NCBI GenBank assembly: GCA_951406725.2
Contig: OX597816.1
Location: 84,754,001 to 84,818,000, forward strand
DNA length: 64,000 nt
Reading direction: 5' to 3'
From: Octopus vulgaris
Taxonomy: Eukaryota
The translations under genes were made by a program, and so were the position numbers. The notes beneath the pieces were generated by a model that saw nothing but the letters and a program-made list of their open reading frames with translations, ran no database searches and was not told the DNA's origin. This document shows positions 40,867 through 54,621 of the stretch, piece after piece; the first letter of the stretch is position 1, and every line of letters begins with the position of its first letter.

Positions 40867-41437
40867 GACGCCACGACAATATAGCCAGGCTTGTCTATTG
40901 GACACTTTACAACAAGTATGGACTTGACAGAGCAAAAAAATTGGTACAACCACAAACCTGAAGGTATCGTCGAAAATAGAAATGCAAAGATCCTATGGGA
41001 TTTTATGATTCAGTACGACCATGAGATAGAGAATAGGAAGCCAAACATAGTCTTAATTGAGAAAGAAAACAAAATATGCTGGAACATAGATATAGCATGC
41101 CCAATTGATAACAAAGTATGCGCTTCGGAAGAATGAAAAGTTGAGAGATATGACAGGTTACGAGCTTGGGAAATTAAGTAACTGTGGTCGATGAAAAAGG
41201 TAGCAATAGTACCAAGAATTGTCGGAGCCTGGGAACAGTGAGCAAAAGTCTCGAAAAGGAGATGGAACAAATAGGGGCTGCAATAAGGGTGGAGCACATG
41301 CAGAAAACAGCACTGTTTGGAACAGTTCGAATACTCCGGACGGTGTTCGAAAAATTAAGGGGTGTTACCTTAGTTCACTGCTAGTGAACAGCTGACATTG
41401 TAGTACAATCTCCAACGTTAGAAGCTGTGCAAAGGCA
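40866..41437 (+). mobile_element. 5'-truncated Dong/R4 LINE (REL endonuclease plus 3' UTR) in a TAA array
   Basis: RRHDNIARLVYWTL..KYGL, WYNHKPEGIVEN..AKILWDF.IQ.DHEIENRKP.IV.I.K....C..IDIACP.D, KTALFGT.RILR.V. Confidence 0.93.
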
Positions 41438-41456
41438 ACGATGATGATGATGATCA

Positions 41457-41509
<53 letters not shown>

Positions 41510-41999
41510 ATAATAATAATAAGGTAAAACGCAATACAATTTTCAATAAGGCAAGACATAAATTTTTCTCATTTGATCTGAACAACAGAAACATAAAGTC
41601 GCCGTCATCCAGGAAAAATACATCACGCACGATAAATAAAATGCAAATTTTCAGTAGAATATTCTGCTTACAATCTACACATGAAAGTTGCTAACGACAT
41701 GGCGGTTGTTCACTTCATAAAAACAGATATTTCAGTGATAACACTTGTTCTACACTCGGAGGCATTGTAAATGAGATATTTACCGAAATGCTATACTACT
41801 TTCAATAGAACCCAAATATGAAACATTTCATGACATTCTGTTGAATATTTCATACGAAATCGACTTGACATGAAAGCGATAATAAAACGTAAAAGATTCA
41901 AAATTCTTTAGCTCATAAACATACTCCCACAAATATTTAGATTTCTGTTACTATGCAACTGATGTGGGTTCGAATTCAGCCTAGAACAGAATGTGTAAT

Positions 42000-43050
42000 A
42001 CTGAGTTCAAATTTCGCCGAGATGGACTTGGCATTTCATCCATTCGGGGTCGATGAAATAGGTACCAGTTGAACACTGGGGTGAATGTAATTGATTTACT
42101 GCTCCCCGCAAACTTGCTGGCCCTGTGCCAAAATTTAAGACCAATATTGGAGGTCGAAGGGCAGAAGTTTTATAATCCATGGTTGGCAATGCAGAGTTCT
42201 ATTGATTGAGACACTTGAAACTCAGAGGGTCAGCTATTTTTTTCGTAAAGACAGCATACGCATCTAAATGACTCGCTCAATCATTTACCAATTTGAAAGT
42301 TGTGTGCTTCTTAAATGAAATTAATTAGTTAATTTCATGTCCTGAATTCAAATGCCACCTTGAAAAATATGTATTACCTACAGGCTTAAAGATACACATG
42401 TAATATTTGATTACTTTCTTATAACGTGCAATATATGACATTATCGTTGATATATACGGAAGTAAACATTAATTATGTAAAATAATTTTAGTACGTTAGT
42501 ATATCGTAAAAGAAAACCCTTAGAAAGCACTATGTGACTTTGTTTGCTTATTTCTTTATTTTTTTATTTCTCTTCTCTTTCCTCACTATGTATGTGTGTC
42601 GACACCATCGACCTCTGAACTTGACTAGTACATTATTTTATCAGTCCTGAAGGGATAAAAGGCATATGTATCTTCAGCGGGAATTGAAATCAGAAGGTAG
42701 AGCATCAAAAGAAATATTTCAAGCTGTTTTTCCAGACACTCTAACGACTTTGCCAATCTACCGTTCTTAGTTATTTATCAAAGAGATAAAAGGCTAGGAA
42801 ATAAGAGTGGAGAGGATTAATGGATAACATTGGCCCCAGTCCTTGACAGGTACTTCATTTTATCGACCCCGAAAGGATGGAAGGCACAGTACCCTCGTTG
42901 GGATTTGAATTTAGGAGGTAAAGCGTGGGAAGAAAGAAATACAAGAAGGATTTTCCCCCCAAGGATATAACGGGTCTGCCGTAATAGCAGTCTTTAACTT
43001 AGGCACAGGGCCAGCAATTTTCAGAGGAGAGGTGTGTCGATTAAATCGTC
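42000..43050. mobile_element. Decayed SINE-B copies (42000-42145 plus; 42600-42770 and 42800-43050 minus)
   Basis: CATCC.TTCGGGGTCGAT motif and GTGCCAAAATTT tail. Confidence 0.7.
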
Positions 43051-43534
43051 GAAAACAAACAAGCAAACGAATAAATAAATAGATATATAAATAAATAAAT
43101 AGAATTAATGAAATAGTCACGACTGAAAAGCGTTTGACTATATATTTGGCCTTCGAGATCAATATGGAATTGGTGCTAAGCAAAGATAATAACAACAGCA
43201 GTAGTTACTAAGATTTATTCAAACAACAATGGCGTCCTATTTAGTCAGTATTTAACTGTGTTTCTATCTAATTTCTCTTTCTTTCTAAAGAAAGAAAATT
43301 ACAGCAGATTCAACATTAAAACGTCTATTTGCTGATTCTAGGACTTCGAATACTGTTGAATGCTTGGTTAAATCCGCTATGTCAACGAACAGTCACATTT
43401 TACAATCAGCATTACAGTGGATTTCAATATATATGCAGTAACTTGTGTCAGAGGAGTATTTCGTTATATAAGACAACATGGACAATGTATATATTAGCCT
43501 TGTCAGACCTGAGAGACCGGAAGGTAAAGGTAGT

Positions 43535-43548
43535 AATATATGCATGTA

Positions 43549-43581
<33 letters not shown>

Positions 43582-43746
43582 ATGCATGTATGTGTGTGTA
43601 TGTATATATGTATGTATGTATGAATAAATGTATGTATGTATGTAAGTATGTATCAGTGTATGCATGAACTACGTATCTATAAATGTATTATGTGTGTGTG
43701 TGTGTTTGTACGTGCATTTATATATACGTATATATATGCAAATGCA

Positions 43747-43807
<61 letters not shown>

Positions 43808-44509
43808 CACACAAACGCACGCACACACACAAAAAGGCATATACACAAAGAGAATGAGAGGGAGAAAACGAGTGAGAGATGGAGTTTGGAAGGTAAATGC
43901 ATATATGCGCCTGTATTCGTATATATGTATATATATTTGTGTGTGTGTGTTTGTGGTGTGTGTAAAATGTATGTATATATATATTTGCATGTACCTATGT
44001 ATATGTATTTTATGTGTATGCATCTGTATGCATGTGCGTAAGCATGTATGCATAAGTGGGAGCGTGAGTTACGGCTTCATTGGCAGTGTAATGGAGATAA
44101 TATTTACAAACACACTACGATTCGGGAGACACTGTAAGATTAGGGTTAACGAAGGAATATGCATACGACAAAGAGTTTATTAGACAACACAGGAGAGTGA
44201 ACTTAAGACAAAGCAGTAAAGTGAGATTGGGAGAAAAAAAAGGGCGTGTGGATGAAAGGGGGAGAGAGATTTTAGTTTCATTAGTCAAGCTGAAAGAAAG
44301 AGAGAGTGAGAGGGGGGAGAGATGAAGAGGGAAAATTAACGAGGTTATGAGCGATATGTAGATGACAGGGAGGGAAGACTGTGTGAGTATATGTGTGTAG
44401 ATGTATATGCATATATAGGTACACATACACACACCGACATGTACGTGTACCTACAGATACTTAATTATATGTCCTTATATATGTATGTGTATATATATAT
44501 ATATGTATG

Positions 44510-44540
<31 letters not shown>

Positions 44541-44946
44541 GTATATATGTATATATATATGTATATATATATATATGTATATATATTATGCATATATATA
44601 TATATGTATATATACACATTCATATATGCATATATGTATAAACACAAACACACGCACATACATATATGTATATATATATGTATACATTCATATATATATA
44701 CATTTGTATATATATATATGTATGTATATATATATGTATATATATATGTATGTATATACATATACATATATATATATGTATATATACATTCATATATATA
44801 TTTATGTATATGCATACACACATATAGGTATATATATCTCTCTTTCTATATATCTATATATATATATATATATATATACACTCACACACATAACACACAG
44901 ACACACGCACACACACACACACACACACGCACACATACGCACACAC

Positions 44947-44988
<42 letters not shown>

Positions 44989-45150
44989 GGGTGTGTACTT
45001 TTCTGTCTCTATACGTGTCTCTGAGTATGTTTGTCTTTGTATACTCACACAAGCACAAACGCTCACACACTCACACACTTACCAACACATACACACGCAC
45101 ACGCATACACGCGCGCACACACGTACATGCGCGCGCGCGTAAGCACAAAC
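43535..45150. repeat. Extended (TG)/(TA)/(CA) microsatellite mosaic
   Basis: Directly visible; explains the 150-300 aa low-complexity ORFs. Confidence 0.9.
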
Positions 45151-46277
45151 ACAAATGTTCCACAAAGTCAAATAATGGTTTAGAGGAAGACAGAAAACAA
45201 TATGTAATACGTTGGGGAGAAAGAAAGAAGGAAATAGAAAAACAACAGACACAGATAGAGAATGTCTGGGAGTGTCAGTTGTAGCTTCCAACTTTTAGTG
45301 AATGTTCATTAATGTCTTTCTTCAAAGGTAATTGAACTTCTCAAGACTGTAGCTGCACTCTTGCGGAATCTTGGATTAATTACATGCATCGTTGAAACGA
45401 ACAAGGAGCATAAAGGAATAAGAAATAAAAGCCACAACAATAGCAATATCAATATTATAAGAAAGGAAAATAAAATGGCCATTGTTTGTTTAAATAAATC
45501 ATTAGATATACACAGATGGCGTGTGATGGTAATGGCGACGGTGATACAGAATCACGATCACGTAGCCCAGTGTGTTGTAGGGGTCTTTCATGAAAGATAT
45601 CTTGAGGAAATCAGCTTCGAACAATCAGTCCATCCCTTGATCTGAACATTGTAAGATAATGAAACACTCAACAGTTTTATAGTACTGTCGCGACATAAAA
45701 CAGTGATTTATTTCCACCCAGTGGATTTATTTATAGCTAAGTAGACAGATTGTCGTCATTGACATGTTTGTTGGCCCTGACCGATCATCTCTATGAGCAA
45801 CAGAGTTCTAACCCGCGACAGTGCCATAATTTTTTATGAGTATTGACTAAATCATTTAATGTGTCTTTCTTAAAAAGTTTAACAACGGGCTGAGATTTGA
45901 AGCAAATTTGTCTGATATTTTTAGCGAACACATAGACATTATCATTTGGCTAGGTCGATAGCACACACACAAACACACACGCACACACAACACTACCAAA
46001 ATCTGAAACTGAAGTGAACAGTTGTTGACTCTTTACAATGCTCAAATGAGTTGCAATTGAAAATAGTAGGGGCAAGAAAGCCAGATCAATAAAGGTTTAT
46101 GGTTGTGCATAAACTTATGCAAGAACAGCATAGGTGTACATTTACATGGAGAAAATAGCCTGAGCTATGTTAGGTGTTGTTGGATGTAGTGATGCCCATA
46201 AGGAGTGAAGACTTATCAACTGGTTATTTCGGGGCGTGTCTGTGCTTGTGTTTGTTTGTGTGTGTGTGTATGTGTGT

Positions 46278-46345
<68 letters not shown>

Positions 46346-46438
46346 AAGTACTGAGAAGTAAAAGAAATGTAGTCGCGTTAGACGAAATATGTATTAATTG
46401 GTGTATTACGAGTGCTGAATATATGTGTAATGTGTGTA

Positions 46439-46648
46439 GGCGGCGAGCTGGCAGACACGTTAGGTATTTCGTCTGTCGTTACGTTCTGAGTTCAAATTCC
46501 GCCGAGGTCGACTTTGCCTTTCACCCTTTCGAGGGTCGATAAATAAAGTACCAGTTTCGCACTGGGATCGATGTAATCGACTTAATCCCTTTGTCTGTCC
46601 TTGTTTGTCCCCTCTATGTTTAGCCCCTTGTGGGCAATAAAGAAATAC
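46439..46648 (+). mobile_element. SINE-B with Tx1-like tail and a deletion in the head
   Basis: GGCGGCGAGCTGGCAGACACGTTAG|GTATTTCGTC ... CCCCTTGTGGGCAATAAAGAAATA. Confidence 0.9.
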
Positions 46649-47084
46649 ATATATGTAATGTGAGCATGTATTAGTGTGTGTGTGTGAGTGTGTGTGTTTG
46701 TCTGTCTGTCTAAACACGAGATCATGCTCCATGATTAGAACTTTGCCAAAACACTCGATCTTAACATTATTACTAAAAAATTATTTGTTTTTTTTTTTGT
46801 ATTTAAATTTAAATTCATCTCTCTAGAAAGCCTCGCAGTTGACGCCCTCTTGCACATTTTATCCAGAATATTGTCGCAGGAATCATGTGTTTATATCTCA
46901 TGTCCACGTGTGACACTCTGAGAAATTATATAGTAAGTGTGCATATAATACTTACTCAGGCATACACATATATTGTATATTTATATAATGTGTTGCATTG
47001 TGAAACTTTATATATCATTATTATACATCGTTATTCCAAGTATCTTAGGATGAGAAACAAATCTGGCATTTAGTAAAAAAGAAT

Positions 47085-47406
47085 CTGGTACTCCGTCGGT
47101 TACGACAACCAGAGTTCCAGTTGATCCGATCAACGGAACAGCTTGCTCGTGAAATTAACATGCAAGTGACTGAGCGCCCCACAGACAGGTGTACCCTTAA
47201 CGTAGTTCTCGGGGAGATTCAGCGAGACACAGTGTGTGACAAGGCTGGCCTTTTGAAATACAGGTACTACTCATTTTTGCCAACTGTGTGAACTGGAGCA
47301 ACGTGAAATAAAGTATCTTGCGCAAGGACACAACGCGTCGCTGGGAATTGAACTCATGACCTTACAATCGTTAGCCGATACCCTAACCACTAAGCCACAC
47401 GCCTTC
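47085..47406 (-). mobile_element. SINE family C, body type 2
   Basis: tRNA-like head and CORE-like domain on the minus strand; body related to 49925-50225 and 8650-8730. Confidence 0.85.
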
Positions 47407-47489
47407 ATTTATTTCGTAAGCGAACATTAAAAACACTTAAAAAACTCTTCAATATCATAGCGAAGGCTGGTTGGTTGATATAAAATATC

Positions 47490-47705
47490 AATCTTTTCTA
47501 CTCGAGGTATAAGGCCCGAAATTTTGGGGAAGAGAGGCCAGTCGATTAGATCGACACCTGTACGCAACTGGTACTTAATTTATCGACCCCTAAAGGATGA
47601 AAGGCAAAGTCGACCTCGGTGAAATTTGAACTCAGAACGTAAAGACAGACGAAATACAGCTAAGCATTTCGCCCGGTGTGCTAACGCTTCTGCTAGCTCG
47701 CCGCA
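47490..47705 (-). mobile_element. SINE-B, full length, alternative tail
   Basis: Tail reads ...CCCCAAAATTTCGGGCCTTATACCTCGAGTAGAAAAGATT. Confidence 0.9.
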
Positions 47706-49007
47706 TTATATGGAATAAAAATGGTTAACGATAGAGAAATGTTTTGCTCTTAAACATGTGTTCATTGAATTATGGTAGCTATGCCGATCTTTTTTTCATT
47801 TATATGTATATATGAGAAAAAATACGTGTATGAAAAATGTGTATGTCTGTAAATGTATTAGACCAGAACCAAGAATAAAACTCGTAACGATGATCTGTGA
47901 AAATGGGTAAAAAAAAGCCTTCTTGTTATTCAAGTTCTTATAGTTTTAGTTCCTGAATTAAAACACGGGGAAATTCAAAATTAATTACACTTCTATTTAC
48001 AGTTTATCCTCAAATACGCTGTCTCAGTGCTTCAGTTAATCTCTTTACACATTTTTGTCTGTATATTTTTATGTATTCATTACTCGCTTGTGCATATTTG
48101 AGTATATATAATTTTACTTGAAAGCATGAATACTTTCGTGCACATACGTCCACAGTTACGTACGTGTCTGAGTATGTGCGCGCACCATTAGCGTGTATAT
48201 GCTTGCATAGATGTGTATGCGCCCGCGTATGTTTGTGTGTGTGTGTCTTATTCCAGCTAATTTGATTTTCATTTCCTTCAAGCGCAGCTCTTTCGCATTT
48301 ACAGTGTTATAGATGTTGTCGTTTCTATAGCATCTGCATTTGCAACTAATTAGCAGCATAGTTTACAGGAATTGGCGAGCTTTAAGATGAACAACAAATA
48401 CTGCAACATCAACGACAGTATAGACAGTAATAACAATAGCAGCAATAACATGTGATAACAACAAAACAAAAACTGCATAAAAAAAACATCACGAAGAATA
48501 TAAGAGTACCAACAACAGAAGCAGCAGTTACAATAGAGTTCGTAGTATTCATAAAGAGTCGCTTTATACCCAGAAGTGGGGAATATGAAGCAGTGAGATT
48601 GTTTAAGTTGCGGCGTGTGGGATACTAGTGAAACATGTGTCACGAGTTTCAGTTTGAAAGCATCCGATTGACCAAGTAATTCCGAATACAACAGCAAGAA
48701 CACAAACAACAAAAAACGACAACAAAAGAAACCACCACCACCACCACCACTGCAACTACAACAAAATTCGAGAGCTACTGAAGTCACTGAGTGTCTCTAC
48801 CGCTCGACTTTCAAGAATTAGTAGCCAATCTGTGTCTCTGATTCTACTCGCGTATTTGCTATGCAGTGATTTTTGTTCTCGTTTCTCTTTTCTGTATTGG
48901 AGGCTGGTCTGTTTGCCTATATTTGTTTTGCCTTGTCAGTTGGAGATACTTTTTGCTTCGGGTATTGGTTCATCCAGCCGCATTTCTCGAAGGTATATAA
49001 TTGCCTT

Positions 49008-49213
49008 GCACACCGGACGAAATGCTTAACGGTATTACGTCTGCCGCTGCGTTATGAGTTCAAATTCTGCCGAGGTCGACGTTGCCTTTCATCCTTTCGG
49101 GGTCGATTAAATAAGTACCAGTTACGCACTGGGGTCGATATAATCGACTTAATCCGTTTGTCTGTCCTTGTTTGTCCTCTCTGTGTGTAGCCCCTTGTGG
49201 GTAGGAAAGAAAT
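49008..49213 (+). mobile_element. SINE-B with 17-bp TSD
   Basis: AGGTATATAATTGCCTT at 48991-49007 and 49214-49230. Confidence 0.95.
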
Positions 49214-49329
49214 AGGTATATAATTGCCTTTTTCGTCACTAAATGCAACTTTTTTTACTGATTTTCACATTCAGTCGTTTGCTTGTTTCAGATATGAATA
49301 TAGCTTTATGGTCACAATTTTATGAATTG

Positions 49330-49865
49330 AGTTTGTATAAATCAAGGACCGCTTTCTTTTCTCGGAAGGTATATTCAGGATATATCTGCTTTTGGATGCG
49401 TTGTCATCAGCTATTGGATATTGGCATCAGCTTTATTGATCTTAGAACTGCACTACTTTATAAGATTGATGTCGCATATCACTACAATTATGGCGAAAGT
49501 GCTTTTGGCCTCAGTTTCGTTTCTGGCATTAAACTCAAGTTTCAGAATAGCTCATTCGATGATAGCATTCCTTTCTTATCTTTCCTTATTAGTGATTGCT
49601 TAATTCCATCTCCCAAACAGACCCCAGATACTTATAACTGCCCTTAGATTATAATTCTGTTACTTCGGTTTCTCTGTCTAGGGAGATATTGTATGGGCTC
49701 GATAAATTCTCCTTGACAAATATAGCCTTGGTTTATTAATCAGGCATATATTCCATTTTGATCACACTTTTAAATTGCTTGATTATGTGAAGGAACACGT
49801 AGCTGTTGATCATCTTGCGCAATCATCCAAATATAGGTGATCGTTGGCTTTTCCACACATATCCA
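49330..49865 (-). mobile_element. Decayed Dong/R4 RT-domain fragment
   Basis: Minus strand: DHLYLDD, SYKYLG, KIRKECYHR, ILKLEFNARNE.EA..TFA, HPKADIS.IYLPRKESG. Confidence 0.75.
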
Positions 49866-49924
49866 GAAATTCATTCTTTCAGGAGTTTACTTTGGGATAA
49901 TAATGCTAAAAGTGGTCTGGCTCA

Positions 49925-50225
49925 CGGTCGTTTCCGACAGCGAGTATTTCAGCTGACACGATCATTCGAACAGCCTGCTCCTAAGGTTAACGTGCAAGTA
50001 GTTGAACTCTCCACAGACACGCGTACCCCTTAATGTATTTTTCAGGTAGATTCAGTGTGACAAAGCGTATGACAATGCTTGTCCTCCGAATTACCGGTAC
50101 AGCTCACTTTTGCCGGCTGAGTGGATTGGAGCAACAAGAAATAAAATGTTTTGCTGAAGGATAAAACGCGCCACCGGCAAACAAACTCAAAATCCGAACA
50201 ACCTAGCTACTAAGCCATGTACCCT
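49925..50225 (-). mobile_element. Decayed SINE-C, body type 2
   Basis: Homologous to 47085-47406. Confidence 0.75.
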
Positions 50226-50475
50226 CTCATAAGAGGAACTTCTATTTTGATTGTGCTCTTCTCAATGTGCCTATAGAATTTCTTTGCGTTATTCTCAAAT
50301 ATCTTATCTCTAAACAACACGGGTAATTTCTCGAAGGGGCGCCAATGCGCGGTTGTGGCCTTCACTTTGGCCTTCCTTTTCGTTTTATTTTATACTTTCT
50401 TTAGCAGCAAATTGCTGTCCAAACATTAATTCTACACATCGTCCTCCTCCTAATCATTGTCGTCACCATCGTTAT

Positions 50476-50543
50476 CTTCTTCTTCTTGCTGTTGTTGTTG
50501 TTGTTCTTCTTCTTCTTCTTCTTCTTCTTCTTCTTCTGCTTCT

Positions 50544-50590
<47 letters not shown>

Positions 50591-50635
50591 TTCTTCTTTT
50601 TCTTCCTCTTCTTCTTTTTCTTCTTCTTCTTCTTC

Positions 50636-50698
<63 letters not shown>

Positions 50699-50699
50699 T

Positions 50700-50746
<47 letters not shown>

Positions 50747-50760
50747 TTCTTCTTCTTCTT
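50476..50760. repeat. (CTT)n polypyrimidine/polypurine tract
   Basis: About 285 bp, directly visible. Confidence 0.95.
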
Positions 50761-51200
50761 CTGCACCCTCACTTTCAAGTGGAACTTGAAAAAATCGATG
50801 AGTGCTCGACTGAAGAGTAATGTGTCTTTCCTCAATCCTTTCAACCAGGTTCATCTCACAACCTCTCTCACCATAATCTCAAGAGAAAAGGACACCATCT
50901 GCTTTGCCTTGTTAAAGATGGGTGATGGGGCAAACCTCACAATGGATTCTTCCCGTAGTCGGTTTCATCTAACCCACGATAACAGTTGATCGATAACTCT
51001 ACAAGTCAGCAATACTCGGGCATTGTACGAGTGCGGGCTCTACGGTTTTATCTCTCTGTGCGCATTTCGAGCAGTCTTGACTGACGGCGGTTCCGTCCAT
51101 GTAGAGGTTATCTCGAACTGGCAAAGCTTCTCGGTAGTACGACCAGGCCAGGAATTTTTGGAAGTTATCCATGATAAACCGTTACCTAAGACTTGCACAG
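50761..51200 (-). mobile_element. L1/Tx1 ORF2 fragment (zf-RVT region to C-terminus)
   Basis: MDNFQKFLAWSYYREALPVRDNLY..G..VSQDCSKC...DKTVEPALVQCPSIADL; WLKGLRKDTLLFSRALIDFFKFHLK. Confidence 0.82.
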
Positions 51201-51377
51201 TCAACCTGCGGAAAAATGCAATCTTGTATTCTGCAAGTATGCAAAGAAAAAGTTTTGAGATTTGAGGAGATGGCTGTCACCAAACACCAAGAAAATATTC
51301 CTGGCCACTAAATTGGCTTGCAATAGTTTCGAATAATAATAAGAACCATAACAACAACAACAATAATAATAATAATA

Positions 51378-51590
51378 ACATTGGTTTCAAATTTTGGCAC
51401 AAGGTCAGTAATTTCAGAGGAGGGTTAAGTCGGTTATATCAGTCCCAGTGCTCAGCTTATTTTTATCAACCCCTGATGAATGATAGGCAAAGTCGACCTT
51501 GGCGGAATTTGAACTCAGAACGTAAGGACGGAGGAAATGTCACTATGTATTTTGCCCGGAATACTAACGATTCTACCAGCTCGCCACCTT
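51378..51590 (-). mobile_element. SINE-B
   Basis: Reverse-complement consensus match with a GTGCCAAAATTTGAAACCAAT tail and (ATT)n. Confidence 0.88.
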
Positions 51591-52377
51591 TAATACTGAT
51601 ATTAATGTTAATGAAATGTGTGTATGTATGAGGTAGTGAAAATTTATACACAATAAATGCAGTAAAACGCGTTCAAACACAACTCAAATCTGCATAAATA
51701 CTCCAAAAGGTACACATACCTCAGCATATAGACGAACATAAATGCAGAAAGTTTAATTTAACAGACACTACAGAGGTAGACAAAAAGTAGTGCAGCACCT
51801 GTAATTGTATGCGAGCGATATACCCCTCTGCCTGGATATCGAAACAGTAACGATTTTGGTCTAATGCCAAATCTGCAAATCAATAAATAAATAATACCCA
51901 CTCTAATAAAGCTTAACTTTCTTACAAGTTAAGCTTCATTATTTCTTTTCCTTTCATAGCAAACTGGTCTTCTAAATCAGAAGAAAAAACAAAGAAGTTT
52001 AATCTCGAGGCTACTTGAATGAAATTGAATCGAAACACAAAATTTGGCTCTTTTCCAATAGTATTTTGATCAATAGAAAGGATATATGTGTTGCTCTAGG
52101 GATATTTCTATGTCGAAGTGAACCAAAACTATTCTCTGACTCAACCAACCAGCACAACTAATTCCCGATATAAAAGAAAATGAAAGAAAATAGCTGAATA
52201 CAGCCAATATTATTTGTCATATAATTTCAATACTCTATGGAAAGACATTGCAAAACGCATGTTTGTATACTGATATGCATTTCACTCATTAGATGTGTTT
52301 GTTTATGTGTGTAAATATGTGTGTTTACATACACACATATAAACATACAAACGTACGACCATACACACATGCATATA

Positions 52378-52489
<112 letters not shown>

Positions 52490-52575
52490 TGTAATATATA
52501 TAAGTATATGTATAAGTATATATACACAGATACATATTTACTCAAGCGTGAACAAGCACATACATAAATGTATAT

Positions 52576-52614
<39 letters not shown>

Positions 52615-52822
52615 TTTATTCACATGCACAAACATATGTATAAACGCTAGTTCGAATCTGTTGATTTCTCTCGGCGTTACTCCGATCGCATCGCTTCAGT
52701 GCATTGAATCGAGTCACAGAGAATTAATCCAAACGGTTGGAATTCGGAACCCGTTCTTTGTATTACGTTGATTTTAATTCATTTATTTTTTGCTTTTTTT
52801 TTTATTATTCACGATTTTTCAG

Positions 52823-53034
52823 ATGGTAATAATGATGATACTGGCCTTGAGCACAAAGCATCACAGGTTACAGAGTATTATGGCCTAGCAAATAATTATG
52901 CTGCTGAATATAACGTCATCAATACCATTCAACCAATGCTGACTAATGAAGAAACCAAAAGGGAACGTAATTGCGTGGCGAATCCTGACCAATCCTTTCA
53001 CCATTATCGCATTAGGAAAACCATTTACTTTTAG
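52823..53034 (+). CDS. Speculative terminal coding exon (Tyr-motif-rich tail)
   Basis: Polypyrimidine tract and TTTTTCAG acceptor, 70-codon open frame in phase 1, stop, AATAAA at 53069; no homologue recognised. Confidence 0.25.
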
Positions 53035-53107
53035 AAACTAGAAGGTGATACGTAATCATATTCAAAAGAATAAATAAAATATAATGTTGTCACACAGACA
53101 CATACAC

Positions 53108-53265
53108 GGCCACGTGGTTGTGGTAACTAGCTTGCTTATCAACCGCATGGTTGATGGGCTCAATCCCACTGCGTGGCACTTTGGGCAAGTGTCTTCTACT
53201 ATAGCCTCGGGCCGACCAAAGCCTTGTGAGTGGATTTGGTAGACATAAACTGAAAGAAGACCGTC

Positions 53266-53302
<37 letters not shown>

Positions 53303-53400
53303 AAGTACTAGGCTTACAAAGACTCTTACAAGGGGTCGATTTGGTCGACTAAAGGTGGTGCTCCAGCATGACCGCAGTCAAATGACAGAAACAAGTAAAA

Positions 53401-53403
<3 letters not shown>
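53108..53403 (+). mobile_element. SINE-A with internal deletion after the (TA)n
   Basis: Head and 3' end match the consensus. Confidence 0.88.
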
Positions 53404-53451
<48 letters not shown>

Positions 53452-53477
53452 CACCACACACACACACATACATAAAA

Positions 53478-53765
53478 GGTAAAGACCCCTTCGGCTACCA
53501 ATGACTATGAGATGACACCTAGAAAGTTTCCTTCCGGAGAACACGCCCGGGCAAGGTTGTCTGCGGAAGACCAGCTGTCACCCATTGATATCATTCTTCC
53601 TCACTATACCATCGATGTTGTCCAAAGGACAGACAAATGCCAATACTGAGTAAACTGGAGCAACATGAAATAAAGCGTATTCTTCAAGAACACAACAAGA
53701 CCAGTCTGGGGATTCTAACTCAACCTCACTATTGTAAGCCCGACGCTCTGACCACTTAGCCATGA
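53478..53765 (-). mobile_element. SINE-C, body type 1
   Basis: Homologous to 39611-39940. Confidence 0.8.
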
Positions 53766-54316
53766 GATTTCACACACATACACACACACAAGCACACACA
53801 CATGTATATACGTGTATACATCCTCGCATATACACACACGCATACACGCACACATACACACATATACGTTCTTTGAAAAATTGCGCTGCAGCTGTCAACT
53901 CGTTACCAAATGCGTTGGGTTCGGCAGATAAAACGACAGTTGTACCACTTTGAATATTTTTATAGAAAATAAAATTGAAATTCCAACGTATATAATTGTC
54001 AATATTACTAACTTTTCAGTAAAATAACATTCAAATCAATATTAACTTTACTAGCACACCGTGAAAAAACGTTTATCGGTATTTCGTCCGTCTTTATGTT
54101 CTGAGATCAAATTTTACCGAGTTGAGCAATGGGGTCGATGACTGCGACTTATCCTCTCCCCCTGATCTTGCTGATCATGTGCCAAAATCCGAAACCAATA
54201 TTAACATTAGTAAGCATATTGTTCATTCAAGAGGAGTTTGTGCTTTTCAAGAAGGTTCTTGAGTCATATACTTGTTATTACACCTGAGTTTTGTAAGTTT
54301 GTAAAATGAAAATATT

Positions 54317-54621
54317 GATTTCAAATTTTGGCAAGGATGCCAGCAAGTTCGGGGGAAAATGTAAATCGATTAATTCGACCCCAGAGCTCAATTGGCACTT
54401 ATTTTATCCATCCCGAAGGGGTGAAAGATGAAGTCGACCTGAGTGGAATTTGAACTTAGAACGTAACGACGGACGCAATGCATTTTGCCCGGCACAATAA
54501 CGATTCTTTCACCTCACCGCCTTATAGTAGAAGGCACTCGCCAAAGGCAACATACAATGGGAATGAACCCGGAAACATGTGGTTGGAAACAAATTTCTTA
54601 CCACACAGCCACGCCTACATG
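54317..54621 (-). mobile_element. Chimeric SINE (A head fused to a full B) inside one 16-bp TSD
   Basis: GTAAAATGAAAATATT at 54301-54316 and 54622-54637. Confidence 0.85.

Noticed and set aside
49243-49647. 134-aa plus-strand ORF with an apparent splice acceptor at 49291
   Set aside because: Antisense to a decayed Dong/R4 RT fragment (YKYLG, HPKAD..IYLPR on the minus strand).
50353-50989. Poly-Glu, poly-Leu, poly-Ser and poly-Phe ORFs
   Set aside because: Products of the (CTT)n tract plus Tx1 sequence.
51940-52025. Strong splice acceptor TTTCTTTTCCTTTCATAG
   Set aside because: All frames stop within about 20 codons, with no donor and no recognisable product.
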